Assembly (NCBI GenBank): GCA_028023455.1
Contig: JAQFVV010000006.1
Location: 6,076,001 to 6,140,000, forward strand
Direction of reading: 5' to 3'
Length of the DNA: 64,000 bases
DNA from: Epiperipatus broadwayi
Taxonomy: Eukaryota > Animalia > Onychophora
Shown: in pieces, positions 1 to 13,410 of the stretch
Position numbering within the stretch: position 1 is the stretch's first letter
Layout of the letters: every line of letters starts with the position of its first letter
The notes under the pieces: model-generated
Databases searched by the model: none
The model's input: the letters and a program-made list of their open reading frames with translations, nothing else
Told to the model about the DNA's origin: nothing
Program-made: the position numbers and the translations under genes

Positions 1-169
1 TATAATACTGTGACATGTGTAAATTTGCCATGCACATGATACATTTGAATTTGTCAGTGTATTGTTTTAGCAATTTTATTACAAGTGGGATTTGTTTTCT
101 GGATGATGGAAAAAATGCAATACCATCTATATAAGCAACACCCTTAATATTGGTGTTTAAGTCTGGAAT

Positions 170-460
170 GTATATACCTGTCATTTCTTTTTTGGTGGCT
201 GCTACTAAAGGATTTATATCTATTGAGAGGAGTGCTCAATGGAGAATGTTGTGGTGTAGAACAATTGGGATGATAGGCGGTGATATTCACCCATTTAGAG
301 TAACATACATCTCCCAGTTCCAAATTTGTTAACATATAAAGGTAATTTAGGTATATGTATCTGCTAGAGTATTAATCAGGAAGTCAATAAGGACTGTATC
401 AAATGCAGATTTAATCTCCAGCTGAATCACAACAGGGCCATATTTTATCTTAACTCTAAC
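170..460 (-). pseudogene. Degenerate non-LTR (L1/Tx1-like) reverse transcriptase fragment
   Basis: Manual minus-strand translation gives IQLEIKSAFDTVLIDFLINTL (RT D-x-x-KAFD-x-V motif) and further on QHSPLSTPL (like QG-x-PLSP); stops and frameshifts are present. Confidence 0.55.
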
Positions 461-849
461 TTGTATAAATGGTGGGATGATTGTGTTAGGAGAATTGCTA
501 AGTGTTATAGTGGCAAAGACTGGGATAGAAGAGAAGATGTAGTAATAAAAAATGGGTGTTCAAATGATTAAAAACTAGTATGTAGAATAAAAAGAGTTTA
601 ACTATATATATAAAAGTAACATAATATTGGATTTGAGTTAAATTTATGATAATAGCAGGGAAAGGAGTATACTATTTAAGGCTCAAACAGGATCACTAGC
701 AAAAAAGAAATATACACATAAATGGAGTAATGTGAATGATATAGTCTTGGCATTTGCTAATAAAATATAAGTGCTTACAAGCAGAAAGGGTACAAATAAT
801 GAAGTTGTGGGAGAATAAATAAAGACCAAATGATTATATTGAAAGTGGA

Positions 850-1075
850 TTATTGGTCATTGTGCTGGGTTGGAAAAAGATAGGGGGGGGATCTAAATAC
901 AAAGACCATAGAGTGGATAAAGAAGTTTGTGGAAATGTAATAAAGCAGGACAGAATATAATATGGAACTTAGGGTGGGGAATAGAAAGGGAAGGTGAGGT
1001 GGCTAATAGGTTTTCCTTAGGCAAACTTGCTGAGAGATTCCCAACTTCAATAAAGGAGTAGTCATATCACACCAC
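850..1075 (+). mobile_element. Dispersed repeat, possibly LINE-derived; homologous to 5200-5415 (+) and in part to 46000-46075 (-)
   Basis: Shared blocks TGCTGGGTT(T)GGAAAAAGATA and GTGGCTAA(C/T)AGGTTT...TTGCTGAG(A/G)...CTTC...AAGGAG. Confidence 0.6.
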
Positions 1076-1639
1076 ATCAATACATGTTTATACAATGCCT
1101 TTCATAATTGGGTGAAGTGATAGAATGGCTGTCTGGATCTCATAGCTCATGATCTTGTCCAATCCCTTTCACTTCAGGTGCTTAAACTATTTATGAATTC
1201 CTAACTATTGAATCACTTGATTATCACTTAATTTTCCTGCTTGTAGTTGGAGTTTTTTTTTTTGGTTTAGTTAGGAGCAGCTGTTTTGTGTCTTCAGTCC
1301 TACTTTAATGCATTTTCTTTCATTAGTTTTTTTATGAGTTTAACCATTTGAAATAATAATTATTTGCACAACCATGTAAATTTCTCAAAATATTATTTCT
1401 AATATCATGACTATATAACTTTTGACATTTTATTATTGACAATTCTTGAACTGCCATTGAAATAAATCCAATCACAAAAATAAGTTGACATTTTAAGCCT
1501 GCATTCTTAACTATCTCCTTTTTTTTTATAAAGGCAAATATCAAACGTTTATATAAATATACGCTATTTAATTTTTCTTTTTAACAACAACAAAAAATAG
1601 GTGGTTTCAAAAAAAAGACAGTAACATCACCACCCCCTC

Positions 1640-2260
1640 CATCCCCATAGACAAGGGTTCACTATTCAGGGTTTTAGAACAAAGTAAAATATAGAACCCT
1701 CCACTATTCAGGGTTTTAGAACAAAGTAAAATACAGAATCCTCCTCTCCTCATTCTCAATATTCAAGGATTTGCTATTCATGGTTTCAGAATAAACTACA
1801 GACCCACTCCCCATCTCCACACCTATGGATTACCATTCAGAAGAAACTAATAATAACCCTCACCCACTCTACATGACTGTACCCATGGATTCATTATTCA
1901 TGGTTTCAGAACAAAATAAAATTCAGAAAATCCCCCCATATTCCCCATATGCATGGATTCATCGTTCATGGCTCCAGAATAAAATAAAATACTGACAGCC
2001 CCCCCCCCATTCTCCATCATCATATTGATGGATTCACTATTCATGGTTCCAGAACAAAGTAAAATACAGAAATCCCCCCAGAACATCCCCCCTCCATTCT
2101 CCCATCACCATAACAATGGATTCACCTTTCATAGTTTCAAAACAAAGTAAAATACAGAAATCCCCCCACATTCTGCAATACCCGTGGACTCATCATTCAT
2201 GGTTTCAGAACAAAAAAAATATAGAATCCCCCCCCTCTTCTCCATCTCCACATAGTGTAT
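1640..2260. repeat. Tandem minisatellite, ~79 bp unit, about 8 degenerate copies
   Basis: Recurring GGATTCA(C/T)TATTCATGGTTTCAGAACAAAGTAAAATACAGAA(A)TCCCCCC. Confidence 0.9.
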
Positions 2261-2297
2261 ACTAAACTGTCATATGATTGATTTTTCCTCTACTGCA

Positions 2298-2420
2298 GCT
2301 CTATGTGGTTTAGTGCAGTGATAAAGTATCAGAAACTATGGGACACAGATTCTCAGATCGATGCCATATCTATTACTTCTGATGCTCTAAGTTTATACAA
2401 ACTCAAAAGCACCTTCTTAT
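2298..2420 (+). mobile_element. tRNA-derived SINE family C (other copies on - strand at ~18700-18815, 19010-19095, 20040-20130, 50440-50550)
   Basis: A-box-like T(A/G)GTGCAGTG(G/A), then GGTCCA(T/C)(A/G)GATC and TTCTGATGCT..AA(C/G)TT, shared among copies. Confidence 0.6.
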
Positions 2421-2639
2421 TGGTTAACATTTTTGATGATGTTCTAAAGTATACTGTATGTATGAATACATGTTAAAATCATATATTATATAAGATGGGC
2501 TATTATCCGTTCACTTCAGGTGTATACAGTGTCTTTAAATCATATAGGATGCTATACAAATGAACATGAGTACTTACTTAGTTAAGTATCTATGTTTATA
2601 ACTCAATAAGCGTTACTTATTTCTTTATTATTTTGTAAT

Positions 2640-3203
2640 TCAATAAATAGGAGTGGGTCATTATCAAGAAAAAATTAATAATATTACAAGTAAACTACAG
2701 CTTAGCACTGCTTTTGATTGTGTAGATCATATTCATAGCACAAGATAGGGTCAGGTTTGTGAGAGAAAGGAAACAGAGAACGAATGTAGGTCATATTCAT
2801 AGTGCTAAATAAAGTCCAGTTTGGAAGTGAAAGAGAGGTAACAGAGAATGAGACCATAGGTCATATTCAGAGTACTAGATAAAGTCAGGTTTGTGAGGGA
2901 AAGGAAACAGAGAATGAACAAAGGTGATATTCATAACACTAGATAAAGTCAGATTTGTGAGGGAGAGAAAAATCAGAATGAACATAGATCATATTTATAG
3001 CACTAGCGAAAGTCAGGTTTGTGATAAACAGAAAATGAACACATGAAGTCCATACTTAATACGTTCATTCTCTATTTCTGCTCCCTCACATAAAAATCTG
3101 ACTTTATCTATGACCTGTTCAGTTGAAAGCAGTGTTAGGCTGTAATTTCCTTGTAATATTATTAATCTTTCCTTTATAGTAAACTATCCATGTTTATTTA
3201 TTT
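2640..3203. mobile_element. Foldback-like element: ~80 bp terminal inverted repeats enclosing five 63-bp direct repeats and one inverted unit
   Basis: Left arm ATTAATAATATTACAAGTAAACTACAGCTTAGCACTGCTTTTGA (2674-2717) matches the reverse complement of 3124-3166; internal unit TCATATTCATAGCACTAGATAAAGTCAGGTTTGTGAG. Confidence 0.75.
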
Positions 3204-3214
3204 TTACGTAGGCT

Positions 3215-3440
3215 CCAAGATGCTTGCAAATGCTTTTAACAGATTAAAAAATAGAATATTTCATCATAGGAAATTACTATTGCAATTAGGCTAATCCATA
3301 TAGAGCTGTTATTTGCTCTAATTTATTGTATGGAAGTGAAACTTGGACACCAGTTTGATTTAAGGATGTTTATGAAAATTTTAAAAACACAATGGGAAGA
3401 TTATAGTATATTATTCAACTTGTCTACAAAACCACACCTT
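3215..3440 (+). pseudogene. RTE-clade LINE fragment (region after the RT core)
   Basis: Translates (with frameshifts) to ANAFNRLKNRIFHHRK...YRAVICSNLLYGSETWT; LLYG-x-ETWT is characteristic of RTE/BovB-like ORFs. Confidence 0.8.
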
Positions 3441-5779
3441 CATTGGATTGGAAATGTAAAATGAAGGAACAGTGCAAGATTTCCTAAAAAGGTGTTTGTG
3501 TTGAATTTGAGCATAATTTTCTTGGGAGAAGTGGACCCTGTCTACATTCTAAGGATTATCTCTAAAAATTCTAATAAAGTGCAGGTCATGTGTTCCCATT
3601 AGAAAGATATGGTAGAGAATACAATACATTGAAATGATAGGATTGATCAAAGTGTTGAAATATTTCAGAAGAAAAGGTTTCTGAAGTAGTTGAAAGTCAA
3701 CATCATAAAATATCAAAATGAACAATTATGTTCTATATGTGGGTGTCTTTGATGTTCACAGGTTGTGTCTTTGATGTTCACAGTTTGATTGTATACTAGT
3801 CATCGCAAATTTCATTTTTAATGTGGATGTTTTTCATTTTCTCTATTGTTTTTTTAGATGATGGGATTATATAGTCATATTTATTTGTGATTGTTTATTA
3901 TTATATGTATTGAAAGATTCCTGTCTCATAATATTTAAAACATAAACTGTGGCTGATCTCTTATTGAATAAAAAAGAATAACCTAGTGTTCTGAACATTT
4001 GGGCTTTCACACAATTTTAGAAATCTTTCCAATCCTTTTTTTCAACATGAATTAAAAATAATAACTGTATAACTAGTTGCTAAAGAGATCAGATAACAGT
4101 ATAGCAGACATGAAGATTAAACTTAATACTAAATCTAAACAACCAAATGCAGAGAGTGAAAAATAATCAGATAAAATTAATAAAAAATAAAGAAAGAGAA
4201 AAATTAGAAAAGAAAGTACAATACTATAATATATAAACAAAAAAATTATAAAACTATAAATAAAGAGAAAAATTAGAAAAGAAAGTACAATACTATAATA
4301 TATAAACAAAAAATATATAAAACTATAAATAGAAAAGCATTTAAAAACAGAACCAATTTAACATAAATAAATATAAAATAATCATATAGTTAGCTGTTCA
4401 AATAAATAAATATACAGTAATATGTTTAGTCGCTCAAGGTTTTTATACAATTTCTTTACTCTATGCCAACGCCACCTATTGCAAGCTTGAGAAATCAATG
4501 AACACTAGGCAGCAATACTATATTATGCAGTGTTCTAAAACACTGAGAAACCAGTTATATTCCGTTGACGAAATTTTTTGCTCACTAAAAACTAGGAAAG
4601 AATTCAGTAACCTTCTGTTCTTACAACCAAACATTCTACAACTATGTTAATCCATGAAGGGTATTTGAGCAACAAAAACACAAATTGAGCATGGAGAGAA
4701 GGCAAATTAAGAACCAGACAGAGAAATGAAGAAAGAATAGATTACACATATTCATATAAAAATTCACACCTAGATAAAGATTTAAGTTATATACGAATTA
4801 ATTCAATAAAAATCAATAATAATATTTTTCACTACCAACGCTAATTTAAAATTCTGATATAATTTTTAAAAAATATGGATTTAATTTTTTTAAAATATTA
4901 AAATTTAAATATATTGATTATGTTAACAACTAAATATGAAAACCAATTTCAATATTATTCTAATAAAACTTAAGAGAAGGGAATATTAATATGGTTTTTT
5001 TTTTAAAAAGTAAATGGTTTATTGTTCCAAGTTCTTAAACAGTTTGAACCCCAGAAATCATGGAGAAGGGCCTGAAATCCAATGATAGTGAGTTGCAATG
5101 CCCACTACTATGACAACCATGTAGAGGGCACCATATATGAACCTCAAGTATCAAGTTATAGAAGAATAAATATGAAAAAAGTGATTATACAGAAAAGTGA
5201 ATTACTGGTTTTTATGCTGGGTTTGGAAAAAGATAATGGGGATTTAGATATAAAGGCTGTAGAGTTGACAAAGATTATGTTGTGGAAATGGGATGGAGCA
5301 GAATATGGGAAAATTTAGAATGGGGAATGGAAAATAAAGTGCCCAACAGGTTTATCTAGGCATAATTGCTGAGGTATTCTTGACTTCGTTTAAGGAGAAG
5401 CCACAAGACATCACACCAAAGACATCACTCCAATGACTATTAATATATTCGTAATTTGAAACCAGTATTAAAACTAAATATACCATATATATATATATAT
5501 ACTGATTACTTAATTTATATTAGTGTTAATCCCATTTTTAAGTAAAAATGATAATTAAAACTTAATATCTTGGAAAAGACTCACATCTTATTCTGTTAGA
5601 TCTTATTCCAACATCTCTAATTTGAAAGTTTAATTAATATACTCCTGAAGATTTGTGATGATGGTATTTTAGACATTATAATATCACATGATCACTATCT
5701 TATACCAGCACATAATTGTTATTAAACAAGGCACTACTGTATGGAGAGATTTTTTGCCTTGTTTAATGACATTATAGTA

Positions 5780-6376
5780 TGTTGGACTATTTCCATTATC
5801 TATCATTAAATGTTGAATGTCTAGAAAATTCTAAACTTTATTTAAACTTATCAAATACAAACAAATGTTAGTAATAACACACAAATGTACAACACAGGTT
5901 AGCAGACCACATAATATATCGAGTGGTAATATTCTCTGCTCTTCTTCTGGTATTACTGACTTGACCAATGACAATATTGGCATAGGAGCTGAACTTACCC
6001 TTTTAGATTCTTGAATTTTCAGGCAATCCTCTAACCAACTGAGCTAGTCAAACTCACACCAGTAGATATCAAATTTTAAGGCAGTTCTCTAAGCAATTGA
6101 GCTAATTCAGTTGTTAGAGCATTGCCTTAAGATTCAACATTCAAGAATCTAAAGGTGCGAGTTCAAGTTCTACGCTAATTTTGTCATGGGTCAGACCAAC
6201 AACAACTGAAGAAGTGCAGAGAATAATACTACTCAAAACATTGTGCAGTCTTCTAACCTGTGTTGTCTATTTGTGTGTTATTGTTAACAAATGCTTTTAT
6301 CTGAAAAGTTTAAATAAAGTATAACATTTTATAGACACTCAATATCCAATGATGAATGATGGAAATAGTCCTACAT
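5780..6376. mobile_element. Head-to-head pair of tRNA-derived SINE family D (5780-6046 on -, ~6100-6376 on +)
   Basis: Head TAGCTCAGTTGGTTAGAG..TTGCC, B-box-like GAGTTCAAG, and 3' tail GATGGAAATAGTCC(A/T)ACAT in both copies, in opposite orientation. Confidence 0.8.
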
Positions 6377-6481
6377 TTTATAACATCTAATTTGTATCAT
6401 GTCTGCATAATACTGCTGCCTGTGAATAGAAAATGAGAGGCTGCTATTAAGTTCTAATTTAATGATTTACTCAATGAATAA

Positions 6482-6528
6482 CTGATGAAACCCACAATCT
6501 AGAAACTGGTCTGCAGATATGTGGATAG
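6482..6528 (+). ncRNA. Hammerhead family A, degenerate copy
   Basis: CTGATGA-AACC-CACAA-TCTA-GAAACTGGTC-TG; core intact, stems II and I damaged. Confidence 0.5.
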
Positions 6529-6649
6529 GACATCTTAGGTTCAGCACTACCATCTATTAATTACCAAAGCTTACACTAGGTGGCAGAAAAGAGTAAGAAG
6601 AATAAAGGGATTTGCTAATGAATAGCAATGTATATAAGTTAAGTTAATG

Positions 6650-7880
6650 TGGTGCCTTTTTGATCATGTGATCAATAACAAAGAAGCAGCGATTACGATT
6701 TCATGATTGTAATGTCCAGGGTTAGGCAATCAGCTGATGACAAGAGTTTTATTTTGGTAAGCAAAATATTCCCCAATTTTGCAAATATAAAATAACTATA
6801 GGGTCGTTTACTCTTAAAGTCATGTGACACATGAATACCAAGGTGATAGATTTAACTCACCATGATGCAGTTTTATGATCATTTGGCTCATAGCAAGAAT
6901 ACTATTCTGGTGAGCAAAAAGAGTTCAAATCAAAAATAATATTTATCAATCACTCAAGAAGACCTATGACATGTGAGCACAATGTAATGGATGTCATCAC
7001 ATTGCATACGACAAGGCAATTGGCCATTGGACAAAAGTACAATTCTTTAGAAAAAGATGCGAGTTCAATTTTTAAATATAAAATAATCATACGATCATTT
7101 TCCCAAGACATATGTGACATATGAACTCTGATCTTATAAGTTGAGATTATTATAGTACCTTGAATATGCAGTTAACTCATGAAAAAACTAGTATTGTGAT
7201 GAAATCATATGCCATGTGAATGTGAATTGAGATCACCATAACACCCTTGGATGTGCAATTAATTCATCAAAAACTAGTTGTTATGATGAAATAATGTGCC
7301 ATGTGAACAATGTTACTATGAGTTTATATCACCACAATTTCCTTGGATATGCTATTAGCTTACAGTAAAATTATTATCATGAAGAGCACAAGATTCCACA
7401 TTAATTTTAAAAAATAATCATATAGTCTATTGGTCAGCAGGCAAGTAACATGAGTCAGAAATCCTGATGAACACAACTTATCATTGTGCAATTATCTACC
7501 CATTTGGCCCATGGTAAGAATACTGTTATTTTGGTGAGAAAAAATTTATCAACTAAAAATATTCATGTGGTTAATTGCCCACAGGAAGTCATGTGACACC
7601 TGAACACCAATGCAACGGGTTGAGCTCAACATTTTATACTTTGCTAAAAAGTTAGTTCATAAAAAGAGTATTATTCTGGTATGAAAAACACAATAGATCA
7701 ACTTGTAATTAAAAATAATCGCATGATTGTTTGCCAAGAATTCACATGCCATTGTAAACTATGTAATGATTCATCTCAGCATAACATGCTTGGACAGAAA
7801 GTTACGTACTGGCAAGAGTATTATTCTTGAGAGCAAAAGACACTACAAGTCAGTTCTTGAGGAAATCACAACATGAGCCC
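6650..7880. repeat. Old degenerate tandem repeat (~90-140 bp period)
   Basis: Recurring (G)TCATGTGACA(C)ATGAA and AAAATAATC motifs at about 6820, 6965, 7110, 7210, 7295, 7590, 7745. Confidence 0.6.
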
Positions 7881-8220
7881 AAAATAATAACTTATGTGCA
7901 GCATGTGCAGCAATTCCATTCATTGGCCAAACCAAGATTTTGATTTTATTTTACTCATCTAGACTTTAATAAATGTTATTCTGATCAACTAATACATCCT
8001 TTGAAACATAATATTAGTTAAACATTGCATGATTTTATTTGTTTACTAACAATATGTTTTAGAAACATTTTTTTTCTTATTTATTGCCATATAGGGCAAA
8101 GTTGAATAGTCAATGGACATTCGGTATCAGTGCCATTATATCTATATTTTTTAAATTGGATTCTGGTTTTAGATAGTAACATTTTAGATTTGAAGCTGAA
8201 ATTAATGCATTTACACATTT

Positions 8221-8327
8221 TTCACCATATGTCATAGCATTGGCCGGGACGTGAACCCACAACCATCTGCAACCAACTACTTGCTTGCAGGGCGGCTGCA
8301 ATGACCTCTCAGCTAACAATGCTTGAC
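8221..8327 (-). mobile_element. Short tRNA-derived SINE family V with 16-bp target-site duplication
   Basis: GTCAAGCATTG...CCCGGCCAATGCTATGACA plus A-tail; exact TSD ATGCATTTACACATTT at 8205-8220 and 8328-8343. Confidence 0.9.
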
Positions 8328-9249
8328 ATGCATTTACACATTTAACAGTGACCTTTAACTTTTTATAATATCAATCCAATAATCTTTAATTTTAACAAAA
8401 CTCTAAAGAATTTGAATCCAGCCAACTTGTACATATAATTGTGCAGAACCGATAACAGGTTATTATCTATATATTTTAATATCTTCAAGTTTATGCTAAC
8501 TGTAAGATTCTTTCATTCTTTGTTTAAGATGGTGAACAGTAATAAAATATTAGATGATGTTTATACTTATTAATTCACAGTAATAAAATATTAGATGATG
8601 TTTATACTTATTAATTCATTCTTTCAGAAATTCACCACAGAGCCATCTATTGTAAGATGAGATGATGTTTATACTTATTAATTCATTCTTTCAGAAATTC
8701 ACCACAGAGCCATCTATTGTAAAATGGAATAAACAAAGTTGGAAGATGATGATAGTTTTCATTCCTATTGGCTTAATAGTGATTAAAGTGGTTGTCAGAT
8801 GAGTAAGTGAATTAGTTCCAGCTTTTAAATCAGGATAATCTTCATTGACAAAGACTATGGTCTAAGGATATGGGTATAATTATATTGCCATCTGGTGTCC
8901 ATTGATTAATGGTTACTGAATATTATTCTGAGACCAACTGTAACTGTTCATATTAATATATTCAGAATTGATTGTTAGATAGTTACTTTTGGAATCAGCA
9001 ATCCTGTTTCCTATCAGATCATTTAACGACCAGGAAAATGTTTATTATATTAGCTATTAATAGCACACCTCTTTCCTTAATAAGTAAAATGAAATATATT
9101 TAGTGTTTAAGTGTTCAAACATATATCTTAGTAGCTTAGTGCCATTAATTTCCACTTGCAAAGTATTTAATATTATTATAAAGAAATAAGTTATTACTTT
9201 TGCTAGGTGCCACTGAATGAAATTACATACATGATTATTATTATTCAGA

Positions 9250-9325
9250 GGCAAAACTCTTTATACAGTAGCACCACTCAGTGCAAGTTAGAGTGGCACT
9301 ACTGTATGGAGAGTTTTGCCTCTAT
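9250..9325. repeat. Hairpin formed by an inverted segment of family A repeat
   Basis: AGGCAAAACTCTTTATACAGTAGCACCACTC-(11 nt)-GAGTGGCACTACTGTATGGAGAGTTTTGCCT. Confidence 0.85.
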
Positions 9326-9649
9326 GAAAAACAGTTTGTTTAAGCATAAAGAATGGTGGTCTTGTGATGTTTGATTATTTAGTTATAATTTTAATGCCCC
9401 ACATAAATCCCCTGCAAAATATCACATGATCACAGGATAAATGTGACTATGGTTGTTAAAAAATTAAGGTCACCATATGAATATGACCCTGGATTTCAAT
9501 TCTATATGATTATTCAGGTAAGTTGACTCAAACTGAAACAGTGATGCCATTTTCAATATGAACTTATAACTTAGTAATAAAACCAGAAAAATAAAAGGTA
9601 GCTTCTAGAAGATGTATTAGATCCTAACAGCCTAAGTGCACTGTTCCAA

Positions 9650-9709
9650 GATCCCAAACTCCTCACTGATCAAAGTCATAAGCCAGAAACTAATCTGGCA
9701 TTGTTGGAT
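9650..9709 (+). ncRNA. Hammerhead family A, copy with core mutation (G8C)
   Basis: CTCCTCA-CTGATCA-AAGT-CATAA-GCCA-GAAACTAATC-TGGCA..TTGGAT. Confidence 0.55.
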
Positions 9710-10207
9710 AGGACAGCACAATAGATACTAAATTGTGCATTGAATTTCATAGAAGTAGTGAAAGGAAAAAGTGGAACTCTTGTTATAGTAACATAAAAGC
9801 CACTAGAAATGCTTATTTAACATTATGATTTTAAAAATACAGAGACAAGATTGTAAGAGCATTTGAAATTTGTATTTAGATAATGTTACAAGACAGTCTT
9901 AATAAACTTTTCCATGGTCATTTAAGTTATGATAGGTGATTCTTTTTTTTTTGAAATGGCATATATTCATTGAATTGGGCAAGTAGTATTAACAAACTTT
10001 TACAGTTTTAACGAAGAACAGATTCCATTTATATTTGAAGAAACCTCAAAAATCCTCTAAAAAAGCATAACATTGATTACTTTATTGAAAGATATAATTA
10101 AGAATAGAATACAAGAAATAAAAGCAGATTCCATTTACATTTAAAGATTACCCCAAAGACCCTCTAAAAAAGCACAACTATGATTACTTTCCAAAATTTT
10201 GGATATG

Positions 10208-10625
10208 TGTCATATCTCACCATGCTGTCAGAAGTGGACTAGACCAGATTCCGTCCTTATCTGATCGAATTGAGCATTCATTGCCACTAACCAATGGGCA
10301 AACAGATACATAAAACACAGCCAATGGTTAGTACTGACCAATAGGCAGTGATGCTCTCAGAATCTAATGGCTGCCAGTAAAGTTGGGATCTGGTAATAAA
10401 TAGTCAATCTTTTTTGATACAAGCAGAGAACAGTGGACTAACCTAAATGACTGAATCTGTTGGTATTTGAAACTACTGCGAACAGTGCATGTTTTTATTA
10501 TAGTCGTTACATTATAAGTCTACCACAGTGATACAGGAAGCTGCAAAGACTAGGGCCGACTTGAGGCGAGCAGCCTATTACTGTCAGTAGAGTCTCAGCT
10601 AAAACTCAGTCATTCCAGCATGACA
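10208..10625. mobile_element. Solo-LTR-like repeat (second copy 32777-33219)
   Basis: TGTCAT...ATGACA termini; first ~170 bp clearly homologous to 32777-32945; both copies end in CATGACA; no clean TSD seen. Confidence 0.6.
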
Positions 10626-11748
10626 AGCTCAGTATTAACTAAGTTTATATATGTGATATTGTTTTTATTGATTGTATAATATATATGTTACTAATATAAT
10701 ATACTAATTAACTTTTGAACGTTCATATTTTTTATAACTGTCGGTTTGAGTCTGCAATCCAGACCAAACAGACATGTCGCAGTCATTGTTAAACATAATT
10801 TACAATAGAGAGCTACCACGTGACACGACGATGTCTTTCAAAAAGAAAAAAATTGCTACAAATAAAGTTAAAAGTCTGCGCTACAAGATGTTGAATAAAA
10901 AGCATACTAAAAGACAAACGTGATATATGCGAATGTATTTGCGATTGATAGATTAGTTTGGGCCAACATCACGAACATAGCTTTAACATTTAATTCTTTA
11001 TCATTACATCTATTTTTCTTTTCATTTTCTCTTCTGCAGTTATTATGACTATTCTCGTTCATAATCGAATCCTAATGATGACGATGATCATAAGAATTAA
11101 AATTAATAATCTCTTTATTGTTTAATTAAAAATTCTTAGATAAAACTTTTCGTCTTCGTTTTTAATAGGAAGCAATATATCCTTGTATTTAATAGACAAA
11201 ACATGCTAACATAACGTTTAATCTGCACTAATGACAATCCAATACTTGATGTCTTTTATTAAAAGCCCTCTGCTAACCACAATATTAAACATTCTTTTAA
11301 TGATTATTAATAAAATATTGATTAACAATTAACTTTTAAATATCAGTTTGAAAATGCTTAAAAAGTTATCTCCGTTAGAATTTATTGATATATGTAAATA
11401 TTTTTCTTTAAACTCAATGGATTAAAAATTGTAACAGGAGAATTTTATAAAGAACGCAGGAATGAAAGCACATTAAGAAGAATTCCAATAGAACTGATTT
11501 AATGCTAGATAATTAGCAAAAACGTTGTAAATCAATGTTTAGAATAATCAATAATAAATAGTTCTTTCACTTACATGAGTTGAGGTTGAAAGAAAATTAA
11601 AACAAACAAATATATCGTATCTAATTATAGATACAATACCCACAGAACAAATATATAATGGATTTAAAACGATGAAATTTTATTCACGTTTACATTATTT
11701 TCACCATCGCCAGTAGACGTTAACCCACTATGATACGGATGTCTGTTT

Positions 11749-12190
11749 AATGAATAATATTTCTTTAGTGTAATTTTCACTACACACACCTAAACAAGAT
11801 AGGAACTAGCTTCTATAAGCCTTTAAAATACTACGTAGAAATGCATAATCATAAATATATGACCAAAAACATATTAAAAAGATATATGATCCCTAAGATG
11901 CACACTTCCTTCTGAACCAGCACTCATCAGTTAGCCCAAAACACAATCTTTTATACATATCTTTATCATTGTTCAATATGTAGAGAGAGAACCAATTTCT
12001 ACAGTTTAAGTGATAAGTGTCAAACTTACTGTCCTCACAAATTTGACGCGAACCACTTGATGGAAGTGTATTAATAATTTTTATTAGTCATTCCTTAGAC
12101 TAAAGATTATCCACTTAATGAATAATATTTTGGGTGTAATTTTCACTACATTCTCACACAAGATAAGGACTGATTTCTAACTGCTTTCCA
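11749..12190 (-). mobile_element. Retrozyme-like repeat family B, ~1.2 tandem monomers of 368 bp with a hammerhead at 11885-11946
   Basis: Direct repeat AATGAATAATATTT...GTGTAATTTTCACTACA at 11749 and 12117; minus strand reads CTAA-CTGATGA-GTGCTG-GTT-CAGAAG-GAAG-TGTGCA-TC-TTAG. Confidence 0.75.
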
Positions 12191-12259
12191 CACTTTGTGA
12201 AGATATATAGTGAACAATGATTAAAATACATATCAGAGATTGGGATCTGGGCATCTGTG

Positions 12260-12470
12260 ATTTTTCCAGAAATGAAATGGAAGATATCCATCTATGCTGG
12301 TGATATTGCTTTGATTTGTCAAAGGAGATCCATTTTCTGAAATACAAATGTCTCACAATAAGATATGAAAAGACTAGAAACTATTTTCAAAGATAGGCCT
12401 TATTCCTATTACAATGAAAATAGCATCCTTCAATTTTCATCTAAACAACAAGAAAATATTTGAATACTGA
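12260..12470 (+). pseudogene. Degenerate LINE RT fragment
   Basis: KISIYAGDIALICQ (YADD-like) followed, after frameshifts, by LIPITMKIASFNFHLNNK. Confidence 0.55.
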
Positions 12471-12589
12471 ATATAACCCTCTTCTAATAGTATATTGAAA
12501 TACAATCTTAAATATTGGATCATAGGTAAGCTATATAAGGTTAAAACAACATTGATTTCTAGGAATAATCTCTTTGAACATCAAATGAT

Positions 12590-13410
12590 CCCCAGTCTTT
12601 ATGCATACCAAAGCTGTTTACACAGAGGCTAATTAATCCATAAAATAGCACCAAACAGTGCAAACCAGAGTAATCAATATCTGCATGAAGATTTGTGCAT
12701 AAAATCCCTATAGTATATTGAAATACAATCTTAAATATTGGATCATAGGTAAGTTATATAAGGTTTAAACAATATCGATTTCTAGGGATAAACTCTTTGA
12801 ACTACTAAACATCAAATGATCCCCAGTCTTTATGCTTACCAAAGCTGTTTACACAGAGGCTTATTAATCCATACAATAGCATCACTCAGTGCAAACCAGA
12901 GTAGTTAATATATGCATGAAGGTTTGTGCATAAAATCCCTATCTAGTGCCTACTCATCCAATATCCCCAGACTTGTTTCTAGCTTTGACTTTCATCAGTG
13001 ATGAGTCTTGGATCTGAGAGTACTGCACCTAGATCTTAAAATTCAATGCAACCCTCTAGCAGCCACCTTTTACCTTATTATCTAACTATAAAGCTTTGAG
13101 TCCAAAATGAAAACACAATAATGTTTTCAAGCTCATTAGCTTGCTGAGTGATAGAGACAACAAAAAGTATGAATGCTGAACTGAGTTCAGATCTATATGA
13201 CTATACAAGTTAATAAGTTTGAATTGAAAACTTATTGTAATTCATTTTGGACTCAAAGCTAATATTGTAAAAGGATGGCTGCTGGAGGATTGCATTGAAT
13301 CCTAAGATCTGCACTAGATAGCAATATTATGCAAAAACTGTCTTGCATCCATTGATTACTCTGGCTTACACTGAGTAGTGCTTCTGTGTGGAGAGTTTAG
13401 CCTCATGAAT
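12590..13410. mobile_element. Family A repeat cluster: tandem duplication plus fold-back; hammerhead on - strand at 12956-13013
   Basis: Minus strand ATCCAA-GA-CTCATCA-CTGATGA-AAGT-CAAA-GCTA-GAA-ACAAGT-C/TGGGGA-TA-TTGGAT; 13170-13400 is the inverted copy with the ribozyme segment deleted. Confidence 0.8.

Noticed and set aside
1640-2260. Hammerhead in the 79-bp minisatellite (ATGATGAGTCC, GAAACC on -)
   Set aside because: Core segments are in the wrong arrangement, stems II and III do not form, and the match occurs in only one unit.
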